The notes: generated by a model from the letters alone, not told the origin. DNA of 64,000 bases from Eledone cirrhosa (GCA_964016885.1 OZ024741.1:67766001-67830000), one strand, 5' to 3'. Positions 40,157 to 56,701 are shown, counted from the stretch's first letter. Translations and numbers: made by a program.

Positions 40157-42013
40157 CTAAAGTTTCTGTTCAACTTCTATTCGTAACTACACATAACAGA
40201 TCTGAGCCTTAATCTGTTACGATCATCTCGACTCTTGGATCGATTTACACATCAGATGAAATGAAGATTAGAACCGGAATATGTTCAGCTCTGTTGCTAT
40301 GTTGAACATATTCCAAGCAAACAGATATCAGTGTTAACACTGAACATGCAATTCACGTAAAAGCATTGAGTGCTGTAACTCGTACTAACTCTAGTAATTA
40401 GAATTTCTTACCAATTGGCATTATATATATGTGTGTGTGTATGTGTATGTGTATGTTTGTGAAAAGGGGTTGAGGGAGAGTGTAAATTGTTAATGTTCCT
40501 GTTTGGACAGGAGAAAGCCACAATTGACAGCAAAGTACTCAATACATGAAATATGACCTTTATATTGCCATTTAAGAAATCTATGACTCTTTCAGGACTT
40601 TTGCTAGTGCTAAATAACTATAAACCACCAGTTCGACCCACATTTCCATATAGTTCAGCGTGATCTTGAAAGATTTGGTCGCTATTTGTAGTATATTCGA
40701 CGACTAGACAGAGACTCTCTCATTGTTGCGTGGGGTTTATTTTCTGGATTGAGTTCAAAGAGGTCCGATAAAATATGTGTCATCTTGAACCCGCGTTTGA
40801 AATCTTGTCACGATGTGTGGATGAATGTTAAACGTTGAATGACCTTAAGAATAGGGCGAAATCGAAGACAAATAGACATAATTGTTAGAGCGTTGGACAG
40901 AATGTCTTTCGGTATTCGTCAGGGCTCCAGGCGCTCTGCAATTTTAGGTGAAATCGGCGTTTCTATGGTGTCTCTTGAGTTAGTTTAATTCAATCATTCG
41001 AATGTACGACAAGTAGGATGTTTCCCAGATAAAAATGACATCCTGCTTTCGATATCTTGACGCTCAAGCGTCATTACTAGGCAATACACCAGTGCTGGCA
41101 CCGTCAAAATGAAAGTAGCTGTAACTAGTCTATTATACTCATCGCTTCAATCATTGGCTACTTAGAAACTTTGTAAACGTATTTCTCCACGCCCTGGTCC
41201 CAAGATTTATAGGGATGCATTTTACACTGGTATAATCGTCTCTTTGCAATAATCGCTATAAACTGTAGAACTATAAAATTAACAGGTTTCATGAATTCTG
41301 CACATACATCGAAAGATGTACTGTGTAGCACTGTCTACGTCTATATAAACTAAATATACATTTGTAGTAGTTATATTTACTTACACGAGAATATGTGTTT
41401 CTGGTCATTTAATTTATTTTGCGCATTTCTTTATATCGTCAGTGTTGTTGTTTAGCTCTAGGTCACATTATATCGAGCAAACATAAGACCTGGATTATGT
41501 ACTCTAATTTGGAGTATTTAGGACTGTAGTGTTTAAAGTGTCGTCTTTTAAGATAGTGGCGTATGGTTTGAGGTAGATTTAGCAAAAACATCTAACAGCT
41601 CATTTGTCGATGTAAACAAAAAATCACTTTGTTGACTTACATACATGCCAAGTCTCCTAATCCACTTCCCATCCCTACAGGATAATATTTTTTCGTATAT
41701 AGGTACAACGCCTCAAACAGGTGTGGTGCGTATAGTTAATCAGATTTATTCTACATCTCAAATAATACCATTTCAATCGATGTTAGAATGAGGAAAGATG
41801 AGTTTTTCCAAATTAGGGTTATAAAATAACTGATCGTAACTAACAGTTCTATTTCAGTACACACCATATGAGTAAAATGTTGGTGTCACGTAGCCAACGG
41901 TTGAACCTTTTTCTAATGCTACCCATCATAGTGTCTACTATACGGATGATTATACAATTTGTATTAAAAAGCCTAACCGTAATGTAAACGTGTTGCTATA
42001 TTTATCCGTATTA

Positions 42014-42148
<135 letters not shown>

Positions 42149-42793
42149 TGTGTGCGTGTCTACAGTCATAGCAAATTTCAGATATAATAGATGAATAAAA
42201 TACAGACAGGTATTTACGGCTACATCTCCATACACAAACAGAAATATACAGTTACATACAGAACCTTCAATTTTAACGGAATTATTAAATGATTAGCAAA
42301 GATTAAGATCAGTTTAGCTGATTAACTTAAACAGAGTTACACAAATTTTATTCAGGCACCTGTTTGTCATTTATTACATTTTTGCTCTGTAAACATTTGT
42401 GAAACCAAATTTACTATTTCTATTCACTATCTACTTATTACCACTCCACTGGCATTCCTGTAAACTCTGTGTAACTGAATGTGAAGAAATTCATCCGATT
42501 TACCAATTTAAAGTGTTTATTGATATTTTTATCTTAATATTTATTTTTCAATTCATATGTAGGGTAGTATGTAATTTTTTAAAGACGTTTATATTGGTAT
42601 TTTTGTAAATTTCTTATTTAAATTTACAATATTATTATTATTAATATTATTAGTTTCTAAATTGGATTTAAATCCATAAATTTTTTATCTTTAATATTTC
42701 TTCTTATTAATATTCATACAGTTTTTGTTTCAATCAAGCAAATATTCAAACGCATTATATAATGTATGCATATATATATACACATATGTGTGT

Positions 42794-42836
<43 letters not shown>

Positions 42837-42917
42837 GGGAGAGAGAGAGAGAGAGAGATGTGTATAAATATATATATATATATATATAAATACATATATA
42901 TATATATATATATATAA

Positions 42918-42998
<81 letters not shown>

Positions 42999-43383
42999 TA
43001 CTGCGAGAGGAAAAGACAGAGGGTCTGTATGTATGCATCTATGTGTGTAAATATTTGTATATGTGCATCCGTATATTTTGTGCTTTCTTAATATTTTCTA
43101 AAACATACACCTATGTATTCTTAGATAATTAGTAATGTTCTGCGGGTGTGTATACCGTAATGTGGACCTACATATGAAACCAATTATAAACTTGTATGTG
43201 TTAGCATGTGGATGTATGCATTTAGTTGTCTGTGTGAGTGAGTAATGCTCTCATACACACACATATATACACACACATATATGTCTCACTCTCTCTGTCT
43301 CTGTTTCTCTTTCTCTCCCTCTCTCTTTCTCTTTCTTACTTTCTCTCTCTCTCTCTTTCTCTTTCTCCCTCTCTCTCTCTCCC

Positions 43384-43577
<194 letters not shown>

Positions 43578-43714
43578 TACACATATATATATATACATAT
43601 ATATATATTTATATATAAGTACCTATGTATATATGTCTATAAGAATATATTTATATATACATGAAAATGCATACATACGCACACACACATATATATGTAT
43701 ATACATATATATAC

Positions 43715-43790
<76 letters not shown>

Positions 43791-44986
43791 ACATATAATG
43801 TATATTTATGGAAACAGTTTGGCGGTGAAGTTAATCTGATTATATTTTCACGAATTAAGATATTGAACGGGCATCAAGGCAGCAATCAATATTTGCTTTG
43901 GAAAGTAAATTGTTTCAGTGAGATGCATAGCAAAATAAGAAAATAAGAGGGGAGAAATATATGATGTATCGATCGCTACTTGAGTAAACAAATAGATATA
44001 TAAATAAATAGAAGACGAAATGTAATTAGAAAAGAAATATGTAATCGAGAAGGAAAAGAGCGAGGGGAGCAAGAGGAGAATGGGGGGGGAAGCAAGAAGA
44101 GGAATAATAATAATAATAATAATAATACGAAGAAGAAGAAGAAGAAGAAGAAGAAGAAGAAGAAGAAGAAGAAGAAGAAGAAGAAGAAGAAGAAGAAGAA
44201 ATCTATCATTATTTTTCTGTCTTATATCTTATCCGCAGTATCGAACAGTTATCACTAGCATAGGAAAAGAATAATAAATCAAATCGAAATTCTATCCATA
44301 ATAAAATAGGTCAGATTTCGTGCCCTTTTTATGACTTCCTTCTGCCTGTTTGCACTATAGGAATATTTGAGAAAGCATTGGCTGTGCTGAGAGATAAAGA
44401 GATTCTAGAGAAGTATAGGATGGGAGTGGGAAAGAGGGAAACATATATGTGTCTGGGTGCGCGCGTTTGTGTGTGTATAGGAATAGTGGAGAGAGAGAGG
44501 GAGGGGGGAGAAAGAAAGAAAGAAAGAAAGAAAGAGAGAAAGAAAGAAAGAGAGAAAGAAAGAGGGAAAGAAAGAAACAAGCAAAGAAAGAGGGAAAGAA
44601 AGAAATAAAGTAACAAAGAAACAAAGAGAAAAATAATAGCCTCCTGTCAGTCTGCATCGGCAAGTAAGACAGAGCTTCAGGTTGTCAGACAGTAAAATAT
44701 AGAGTATGATGTAAGTAAAGGCAAGAGAAGAACAGAGAGCGTGAGTAAGGAGTGTTGATACAAAATAACGATAGATTTTTACGATATAAAAGCGGAATGT
44801 GAAATTTAACACGATTTCATGAATAGAAGTATAGAGAGGGGATGAATTATCGAATGATATAGAAATATAACAGACATTGAAGACAGTGAAAGATAAATTC
44901 CTATGTCATATTGATGTGTGTTTGGGAAAGATAATGGTAATAAAAGAAAGGAAACATTCTGGTTCAGAGAAGACAGAAGAGGAACT

Positions 44987-45033
<47 letters not shown>

Positions 45034-45051
45034 AACAAACACACACACACT

Positions 45052-45120
<69 letters not shown>

Positions 45121-45167
45121 GTATATATATATATAGATATAGATATGTACATATATATATATATATA

Positions 45168-45283
<116 letters not shown>

Positions 45284-45335
45284 TATGTATATATATATAT
45301 AGATATAGATATGTACATATATATATATATATATA

Positions 45336-45409
<74 letters not shown>

Positions 45410-45479
45410 CATATATATATATATACATGTGTGTATATCTATATATATATATATCACATACAGGTCGAGATGGACATAA

Positions 45480-45800
45480 TGAAGTATGTGAATGAGTCAA
45501 GAAGAATAATGATGGAGAGTATGGGGGTCAGAGAATGAGATTAAGAAAGTAAAGAGACGGCATTCAATATATACACCATGTAATAACAAGGAAGCAGACG
45601 AACAAATTCTCAATCAGCGAGTACCTGAGCGGCATCGATTTGCTGACAGAAGCCATAGATTATCACATGAAGATATCAATATTGAAAAGAAGAAGAATTA
45701 CTGCAAATGAATAAGACACGCGAGAAAATACGGGAAGTTTGAAGTAAGAGGAATAATTGTAAATGAAGCACCAGACAAAAGTATGATAATCTAAGAAGAC
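45480..45800 (+). pseudogene. Possible decayed PLE GIY-YIG fragment
   Basis: [13 protein letters not shown] resembles YVGETxRxxxER; later pieces resemble S.ISE..., I.IL and REKIRE across frames. Confidence 0.35.
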
Positions 45801-45877
45801 AACCAAAAACCCCATCTTGTATATATATATTTACTGTGAACACATATATGTATATATATACCACATATATATATATT

Positions 45878-46209
45878 TATTAAAATAACAGATTAAAGTT
45901 TAAGCAAAGAATCCCTGCTTTCACCCGTAACTGAATCTTTCAGAAGATTCCTTTAAGGGCAGCGATTCTTTGCTTAAACTTTAACCTGTTATTTTAATAA
46001 ATATTTTCTCTAGGGTTCTTATATATTTGATATATATTTATCTTTATCGAGCCCTCTTTGGATTTTAGTCTTCAAATTTTCCATTTCACCGAGGGTTCTT
46101 AACCCAACTATCAGGCTAAATAATTTTCTTTAATTTCTTTAGTCGAAATACGGCGAGAGCTTACATTTATAATTTCAAACTCGCTCGCTGTTTCGAAAAT
46201 ATTCTTACT

Positions 46210-46211
<2 letters not shown>
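45878..46211. mobile_element. PLE-type inverted terminus (family F; arms ~45878-45935 / ~45940-46001) followed by a structured 3' region and tail
   Basis: Homology to 37620-37690 and to 29628-29817; ends in (TA)n. Confidence 0.7.
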
Positions 46212-46266
<55 letters not shown>

Positions 46267-46272
<6 letters not shown>

Positions 46273-46560
46273 TAAAAAGGAAAAGAAACACTGACAAATT
46301 TTTCCCAGTGAAAAATAGTTTAATTAGGAATAAGTATAAATTAGTAATAAGTATTAGTTAGTATTCAGTTTTAGTTTTAAGTTTTTACCGGTTGCGCAAC
46401 CGGTAAAAACTTAAAACTAAAACTGAATACTAACTAATACTTATTACTAATTTATACTTATTCCTAATTAAACTATTTTTCACTGGGAAAAATTTGTCAG
46501 CATTTTCTTTTCCTTTTTACTAATATATCACAACTCGTATGTCACACCTCTATTTTTTTT
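46267..46560. repeat. Spacerless ~260-bp palindrome centred at 46395/46396, plus ~30-nt tail
   Basis: ...ttttaccggttgc|gcaaccggtaaaa...; inner ~105 bp of the arms appear perfectly complementary; (TA)n flanks. Confidence 0.9.
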
Positions 46561-46591
46561 AAATATATATATATATATACATATATATGTG

Positions 46592-46674
<83 letters not shown>

Positions 46675-46706
46675 TGTGTGTGTGTATTTATATACATAAA
46701 TACATT

Positions 46707-46770
<64 letters not shown>

Positions 46771-47299
46771 TATACGTATGTTTACATACATTCTTTTATA
46801 TATATAGATATATATATAGAGAGAGAGGGAGAGAGAGGGAGAGAAAGAGAGCGGGGCGGACAATAATAAAGGCGGGATCTCTGAAACGGAAAAAGATATT
46901 GTTATATCCAGAACATCTTTTGTTAACGGATTACTGGATTGGGTACTCCTTAGTGCTACAACAATAACAACTAAAATGTTACTACAAAGTACTACAAAAA
47001 TGATTTCAGAAAGCCTCTGATTATTGGTTATTTTGAACGGATTACTTGTTTTAAAAATGATATAATCATAAAAGTAATTTAAAAAATAGTTTCAAAACAT
47101 AATTGACAACTTTACCAATTCGTGTCTAGAACCTACTTTCTCAGCACGTTGAGTTCTTGCTGCAGAACTGATACATGTTAATTAAAGTCTACAGTGAAAT
47201 TTCAAGTAACTCCACTGGAGTTCTTTTCTGAAGTACTCACTCTGTACACGAAAACACATATACCACACATCTATAGACATTTCTGTGCATATTGAGCAC

Positions 47300-47428
<129 letters not shown>

Positions 47429-48711
47429 GGTGTGTATGATTGTGTATAGAAGATTATATTAATAAAAGGAATTCCAACTTTGTCCTTTAAAATTATAATG
47501 ATATTATAATGGTAGAATATTAAATGTTAAGTGTTAATTGAACAAATACTTTCATGCTTTCGCAATCTTCATGTTCATATTCAGTGGTGACGGGATTTGA
47601 ACTCAAGACGTAAATGGATGTAACTATATGCCACAAAGCATGTTGCCCGATGTTTTACCGATACTGTCAATCTACTGCCCTTTGCAATATTGATAATTGT
47701 TTCTTAATAGATATAAATAAACACATTTTAAAAGTGGTTTATTTGATTATATCAACTCTAAACTGTGAATTAATAGTAAGATGTGTCTCCCTCAGGGGGA
47801 GAAAAAAGATAGTCGAATTTAGGGGCTTTGAAGTCAAAACATAAACGGTCGCAACTATATAATACCTCACAGAAACTTGTCGATACTTCACAGATTCTGG
47901 CCTTCACAAAAACAACAAAAGTCATGAGGCGCTCAACCGGCTAGAATTCTCAACCAAAATCTTCCTCAAATCAAGCCTTATTGTCTTAGAATACGAAACA
48001 TTGGGTAGCCCTAAACATAGGAAAAAGAGGAAATTGTCAGGGCTGGAATGCTTTGGAAGAAAGATCTATTCTCTTAGGACTAACTTGTCTTTTCTAATTC
48101 AATTATGAGCTAGAATTATTAGTCAAATCTTTCAAAATGATACACTGGACAATGTAATCCCTGATAGGGAAGCAACACCACGATGATAATGGCTGCAACA
48201 TATTTGATAATAAAATGTCTATTCAATCACGACTGACATTAAAACAACAATAAAAACAACATTAAAATAACAATAACAACGACTATAATTATATACCACA
48301 CGATTATTCTTTCAGGATTTGCTTGCTGACAAGCCATCAAATTCATCCAGCCTCGATTCAATAATATGGATTTTCAATGCAGTCACTTCAACGTTTTCTA
48401 AACAGTTGACTTATTAACGTTAATCCCCTTTACATTATAATAATCTTGGGATTAATCAAAATCTATTTTTTATTTTCCCCTTCCCCATTGTTATTTTGAG
48501 TTGTTTTCTATTTTCATCTAATAATATTTTTGGTTTATTTAACGTTTTTTCGCTCCTACTTTTTGTGTTTTTTATTAATGAATCGCTTAGAAATTACCAG
48601 AAAGCGTATCAACAAATTATTAATAGCCTTACTTCCAGCAACAGCACTACTACTACTACTACTAGACGTGGGATATATACTGTCGTTGTGCTATTGGTTT
48701 ATTGCTGATAA

Positions 48712-49130
48712 GAGGGCAACGGATTGTCAGCCTCGGTAGAGAGTCGGACGGCTTGCTTTGCAGTAGAGAGTTAGGGCCCTTTATGAACTGAGTTTAAATT
48801 CGGCCGAGGTTAACTTTGCCTTTTATCCTTACGGGGACGATAAAATAAAGTGCACTGGGTCCATTTTAATCGACCCCCCCAAAAAAAAAATTGCTGGCCT
48901 TGTGCCTATATAAGAAACCATTATTGCTGATTAGAGTGTCGGTGGATTGGCAGAATCTATAAAGCGTCAGATAAAATATTTCATAATATTTGTTTACAGC
49001 TATTTCATATCTGAGTTCAAACCATGCCAAGGACAACGTTTCATTTCAGTTTTGTGGTGTCACTAAAATAAAGTATGAGTCAAGAACATTCCCTTCGCCA
49101 CAAATTGCTCACCTTGTGTCTAGATTAGAA
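48712..49130 (+). mobile_element. Two tandem SINE S1 copies
   Basis: 48712-48923 and a degenerate copy 48935-49130. Confidence 0.75.
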
Positions 49131-49296
49131 ATCCTCACTGTTGTTAGTTTTAAAGTAACAGCAATGACTAAAAGAGTTGCAATCTTTAATTATGTTTCTC
49201 TACCTTCTGTTTCAAATCCGATACAAGTCGACTTTGCCTTACATCATACTGGAGTCAAACAAATAACTAATCACGAATCTGCCATTTCTCTCTCTC

Positions 49297-49352
<56 letters not shown>

Positions 49353-49387
49353 AATATTTATGCACATATATATATTTATACACACAC

Positions 49388-49418
<31 letters not shown>

Positions 49419-49869
49419 TACAGACAGAGTGAGAGAGAGGTAGATATAGATGTAAGTTGTGGTTGTGTCTGATTGTGCGGCGTTTATTCACCTAACTACA
49501 TCCAATTTATCCTTCGCAAATCAGCTAGTTAACTATGTTAATTATTACCTTTTTTTTTCTTTTTGTTACCGCCCCAAATTTGGAAAACTGCAGTGTTAAT
49601 GAGATATCCGCCTGCAGATTTAGCAATTTCATATATTGATATCGAATGACTTTCACTCTATGATGCGTTCTCTTTACACATATATGTTTATGTGAGATTG
49701 ACTACGATATTATGAATGCATACATACATTTGTTTAAATGATTGGCCATGGATATATATGTGATGTACTTATGCAAATCTTCACGTTTATACGGATATCC
49801 GTGCATTTCTATATATATATGTGTGACTTGAATACATGGCAACAATAACGCCCCCACACACACACGCAC

Positions 49870-49910
<41 letters not shown>

Positions 49911-50312
49911 AAACGTAAACGGAAACAATGTAGCAAGGAATACAGTATAACGAAGAAATTATATATCAAACACAAATCATATTTCACTGCCTTAGAAATT
50001 GACACATCCGATTAAGTGGTATTGGTTTTCGTGCACATAGGAAAAACAGGTTGGCTAAGATAGAATGTCTTTTAATATATAGGCTGTTGAGCCAGACATC
50101 AGATTAAACAGTAACAACAACGATTTTGGACTGGAAGTATTGCCCCAGTTGCCAAGAAATATTCAATTTATTATTTCATGGTGGAATTTCCACCTTCTGA
50201 TGCCAACAAAAATACCAGTCAGATTCTATAGTTGATCTACTCGACTATAATTCTCATCCTAATTTGTGGCCTTATTTAATAATTGATCATTATTATTAAT
50301 CTATATTAATCA

Positions 50313-50705
50313 AGGGTGGTGGATTGGCAGTATCGGTAGAGGGTCGGGCGTCATGTTTTGCAGCATAGAGTTACGGTCCTTTACGGTCTGAGTTCAAATC
50401 CCACCGAGGTTCATCCTTACGGGGTCGATAAAATAAATTAGCAGTAATGTACTGGGATAATTGCTGGCCTTGTGCCAAAAGTAGGAATAATTATTAATCT
50501 ATATGAGGTTGGTTGATTGGCAGTATTACAGAGTTGGTGAAAATGCTTTGTGGCATTTATTCCCGCTCTTTATATTCTGAGTTCAAATCCCACTAAGGTC
50601 AACTTCGTCTTTCATCCTTATGGATTCAATAAAATGAAATACTAGGGTTAATATAACGACTTTCATCTTCCTTTCCTCTGGTCTTGTGTGCCAATGTTAT
50701 AAAGA
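50313..50705 (+). mobile_element. Two tandem SINE S1 copies
   Basis: 50313-50494 and 50506-50705. Confidence 0.8.
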
Positions 50706-51614
50706 AAGAAGTATTATTCAGTAATAATTTTTCAATTCGTGCTTAGAGCAATTTACCCACGTGTTTATCACTAGTGTGTTTATGAATGACAAAAATATCA
50801 CATCATTTATATGCTCAATGCCTATCAATTTTGGACATTTTCACATGTGAGAAATCAATAGTTTGTTTGGGTGTGACGTACTGTTAAATAATACCTCAAT
50901 TATCAGATTTTCTTTCAAGTATCGATTTTAGAGTTATATCTCTGAGCGTATAGAAATGAAATGAGTTAATGTTATTTTACTGATCTCTTAATAAAAATAT
51001 AATGTTAGCAAGCTAACTAATTTAAAACCGAATAAGAGTATATACATCGTGTACAGAATATCTATTACAAAGCGCATCAACGAATTTATATTTCACTGAT
51101 AATTACCACAGCTATGTATGTAGATATTTTTCAAAATATATTTGAAACTACTGAAGAAATTTATAAACGAGTGCTTAGAGTAGTGAGTCGAGAAACGATG
51201 GACCACGGGTTTCATGGAATTTCCATTTCTTATTAATATTTGGTTAACAAACAAGCGACATTAAATGAATGGCTTTTTTTTATATTAATCCTTCTGTCTT
51301 AGACGTTTGAATCGTTGAGGCCTAATTAACAAAAGAAATATTTTTGAAAAATAAAAAGGGGTAACGATATTAAGAAAGATCTACACCTTCAAAATGTAGT
51401 TCAGTTTAGGCATATTGGATCTACCGTTCTGAAGAATGACAGGATACTCTTGTTATCAATATCAATACAGCCAACACCAATAAAATTCACCATCACGCCG
51501 AGAGAATTGTTTGATGAGCAAGAGAGCTTTTTTAGCTCCTACCAGATAACAGAGCGGGGAAAGCTTGTCAAATGCTCCCTCCGGATATACAAATGGCAGA
51601 TGCCTGTGTATCCC

Positions 51615-51908
51615 CTTCTTCTTCTTCTTCTTCTTCTTCTTCTTCTTCTTCTTCTTCTTCTTCTTCTTCTTCTTCTTCGTGGGAGGGTCGTGGGGGAAGG
51701 GTTCTAAAACAATCCTTCTTGCGGGTCTTGTCAGTAGCAACCGTCTCCAATTTATTCTGCTAGATCTCCAGGCGAGACAAGCCGAGCTCATAGATATTAT
51801 CCAACCGTCTTGTTCGGGATCTACCTCTGTGTTTTCTGCCAGTTGCTTTTGCCTGTAAAATCTGATCAGTGATTCTTTCCTGGGGCATTCTAACCAAATG
51901 CTATATCA
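51615..51908 (-). mobile_element. RTE-clade LINE 3' end with (GAA)n tail
   Basis: Minus strand HLVRMPQERITDQILQAKATGRKHRGRSRTRRLDNI...LETVATDK; same terminus as the 2.3 kb copy. Confidence 0.8.
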
Positions 51909-52194
51909 GTGGTGAAAAATATTAATTCTGTTCTACGTTAATGAAAAACATCACATTAAAATACAAGCTGTTTACATAGCCTTGTATGATCAGGATTTCA
52001 GTATTTACCCGCCTTTGTCCGCAAGACAAAAGTTTCCGACAACTGGATGAGAGAAAAAAAAATGACTATAATTTGATGCAGACTAACTTTGATGGAAAAA
52101 ACATCTCTAGGCATAAAAATAAAATACATATATATTATCCTAACGTGTGTTTATGTATATATATATATATATATTATACTACAGTGTGGTTGTG

Positions 52195-52240
<46 letters not shown>

Positions 52241-52360
52241 GGGGGGGGGTATTACGAATGTGGCATTAAATGACAAATACGATGCGTGAATACGTCATAA
52301 TTCAGAAAAAATTCCGGAATTTCTTAGTCTTCCGAGGCCTTACTAGTATGTATGTATGTG

Positions 52361-52427
<67 letters not shown>

Positions 52428-53181
52428 CCTTCTCAGCAAGGATGAAAAAAAACTTACGTCTTAATTTTAAATCTTTAATTTTTTGTTTTTAATTCTTATT
52501 AGTTCTTTTTAATTGTAATACTCAACATTTGATAAGATGAATGTTAATAATACATCGAAACCAGTAATACTTTTTATACCCTATATACATTATAAAACTC
52601 TTTTTTAAAAGAATTGTCCCTCTCATCTTTTTAATACTGTCAATTTGACGAATCAAAGAAAGGAAAAAAAGAAAAACAAACCCTAAAATATATTTTCCGT
52701 GCTATTTCCATATATATATATATCAACTAGAAATTGATTGACATATATATATCTAAAATAAACATAATATATATATAGAGAGAGAGGGGGGTGGAGGTGA
52801 TTGAGCAGGTTTGAACATAGGTCTATTAGATTATGATTCACCTTCATTTGAACACTAAAGAAATTATCTCTGTGTACGAACGAACCAAGTTACATGTAGA
52901 TGCTCTTTTACAATCCTATCACCAAAGCTAAGTGAAGAACATATCACTAACATCGTGCTAGAGATAAACTGAAAAGACGTGGTTCCTGCTGCTAGATTTA
53001 TATTTAGTAAAAGTCGCCTGAAGCAAGGTTAATCTAGTGCTAAAACAAACAGCACACACATATATACATACATACATGCATACATACATAGATAGAGACA
53101 TACATACATACATACATACATACGTACATACATACATACATACATACATACATACATACATACATACAGATACATATATAT

Positions 53182-53229
<48 letters not shown>

Positions 53230-53233
<4 letters not shown>

Positions 53234-53395
53234 GTTTTTTATATAGGCAAAAGGCCAGCAATTTCTGGGGAGGGGAAAGTCGATCAAATCGACCCTAGTA
53301 CGTTACTGTTACTTTATTTTATCGACCCCGTAAAGATGAGAAGCAGGATTTGAACTCAGACCGCAAAGAGCCATAACTCTATGCTTCAAAATATT
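53230..53395 (-). mobile_element. SINE S1 copy (partial)
   Basis: tactttattttatcgaccccgtaa...ggatttgaactcagacc. Confidence 0.75.
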
Positions 53396-53399
53396 GCGA

Positions 53400-53523
53400 G
53401 AAATAATAATAGAACACACTGTTGTGTTATTATTTCTGGCAAGGCAATACAATAACAATATGACCCTCCCCAAGTATAATAATATTTGTTTCGACACACG
53501 ATTTCATATCAAAAACCTAGAAA

Positions 53524-53527
<4 letters not shown>
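53400..53527 (+). mobile_element. PLE family D terminus with tail
   Basis: atgaccctccccaagtataataatatttgtttcgacacacgatttcatat, then (TA)n. Confidence 0.75.
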
Positions 53528-53571
<44 letters not shown>

Positions 53572-53937
53572 CCCATTGAGTGACACATTGCGGAGCAGTC
53601 TTCTTTTCTGGACACAGCTTCATCAATGCTTTTTCTCATTTATAATATATGTATGTGAACGTGCATATGTGAGTCTGTCTGTATGTATGTGACCGTGCTA
53701 ATGTTGTGTTTATCCTTTTATGTCCTGTAACTTAATGTTTCATCAAATAGAGACTATCAAATAAATAACAACCAGAAATAAATTGTCGGCTTGGTGCCGA
53801 CGAATACACTCTTGAAGACGGTGCCAATGTATGTGGCCGCAGTCCAATAACTAAGATTAGGATTTTATATATATATATATATATAAGTATGTAACAGCCG
53901 TACTTACAGTGAGAAATGAAATTTCGTTTCATTTTTT

Positions 53938-54007
<70 letters not shown>

Positions 54008-54020
54008 GTATACATACATA

Positions 54021-54062
<42 letters not shown>

Positions 54063-54063
54063 T

Positions 54064-54195
<132 letters not shown>

Positions 54196-54374
54196 TGTAT
54201 ATATATATATATATATATATATGCATAGTTGTGTATATATAAATATGAGATGCGAGACAAACGACAAACCCCCCATCTCAATTCTACTTTTGAAAAGCAT
54301 AAGAACTGTGAAACGGATAAAGAAATTAAATAAATATTCGTAAAAAGAGTCCAGTTGCATTTTCAATTTCTCTT

Positions 54375-54515
<141 letters not shown>

Positions 54516-54830
54516 ACACTTCTGAGGAATGGAAATAATCAATAATGCCATTGCTTTTTTTTCCGTATCACGACTAAAGATTGTTGTTTCTCCGAAAACA
54601 AAATTATTCCTGCGTATTTGCACTCAGTATATGTGTGTATACGTTTGTTCGTGTGTTTTTGCATTCTCTGTGTTTTTCATACCATTTTCTTGCATAGTTT
54701 CTTCAGCTTTCCTTTTGTTCTCTGGCGCCCCTTCGCCCTCATTCTCCAAACACACACACTTATACATACAAGCACATACCAAAATACATTCAAACACATC
54801 TATTTCTAAATGATTTTTGTTGTGTTGTGC

Positions 54831-54860
<30 letters not shown>

Positions 54861-54866
<6 letters not shown>

Positions 54867-55307
54867 AATAAAGCCAAAACAATGCAGGTATGGACATAGA
54901 ATAAAGAATGCAAATGCAAAAGATATTGTTGACAATTAGTCTTTTACCTTAGATTTATTTAAATGTCCTTAATTTTCGAGATAATATCTCTTCTTCGGAG
55001 GGAAGTAAAGCGGTTAAACCAGTGTTCTAAATAGCTTGCCATGTCATGCTGACAGGAAATGGCATGACTTGGCAAGCTAATTAGAACACTGTTTTAACCG
55101 CTTTACTTCCCTCCGAAGAAGATATATTATCTCGAAAATTAAGGACATTTAAATAAATCTAAGGTAAAAGACTAATTGTCAACAATATCTTTTGCATTTG
55201 CATTCTTTATTCTATGTCCATACCTGCATTGTTTTTGCTTTATTATACATATACAAACGTTTATACCTCATTACACAATGCTTCAAGTGAACTATAACTT
55301 CCTCCTT
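54861..55307. mobile_element. PLE-type asymmetric inverted repeat, family E (arms ~54861-55050 / ~55062-55251, 55-nt tail)
   Basis: ~190-bp arms, each with CCT-CCGAAGA-AGAGATA(T)TATCTC-GAAA-AT-TA-AGG hammerhead-like motif (54967-55001 minus; 55110-55144 plus, one stem II mismatch). Confidence 0.8.
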
Positions 55308-55342
55308 TATATACATATACATATATATATATACATATATAC

Positions 55343-55984
<642 letters not shown>

Positions 55985-55989
55985 TATAT

Positions 55990-56053
<64 letters not shown>

Positions 56054-56701
56054 ACATTGATATATGTGTGCGTGTATGCATGTATGTGTATGTTCGTCTG
56101 TGTGTGCGTGTATGTGTATCTGTGTGTGTCTGTATCTATGTACATATGCCCTGCCTAAATGTATTCAGTATATATTTCTTTTCTCTCTTCTACACTCTCA
56201 TATTTTTGTTTCTTATTCTTCTCTGTGTTCTTTTTCTTTTATTTCTTTATTTACACTCATCCATATGCAACTTATTATTAGTATGCAGTAGTTATAGTAG
56301 TAATAATATTAAGTTGATTTTATTTTCATATATCTACAAAGAAACTAAACGATCATGTTTGTTTTCATTAAGAGACCACACAGAGTATGAAGTATTGTTG
56401 AATATAGATAACTTATACTTCGTTGCAATACTATTAGTTTTGTTAATTTATATTACAAGCAAATGTGTACGCGTTCGCTCAACCTGAAACAAGTAGCAGC
56501 CAAATATCCCTCATATAAAATCTCAACGTTTAAAATATATGAAGAATATATTGCATAATATAGTTCTAGCCTCCCATACACAAACATATTTGGCTGTGTA
56601 GAACATGGTTTTAATCATGAGTTATATTAAACTGAAGTTGGCCATAGTAGGAGATATATATTCGTAGAAGCAATTATTTGTCGGATCAAACATGTGTATA
56701 T

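Noticed and set aside
40200-42000. Microsatellite-poor stretches (also ~57.5-61.5 kb) as possible host exons
   Set aside because: No ORF with recognisable motifs; small exons cannot be excluded without RNA-seq or homology search
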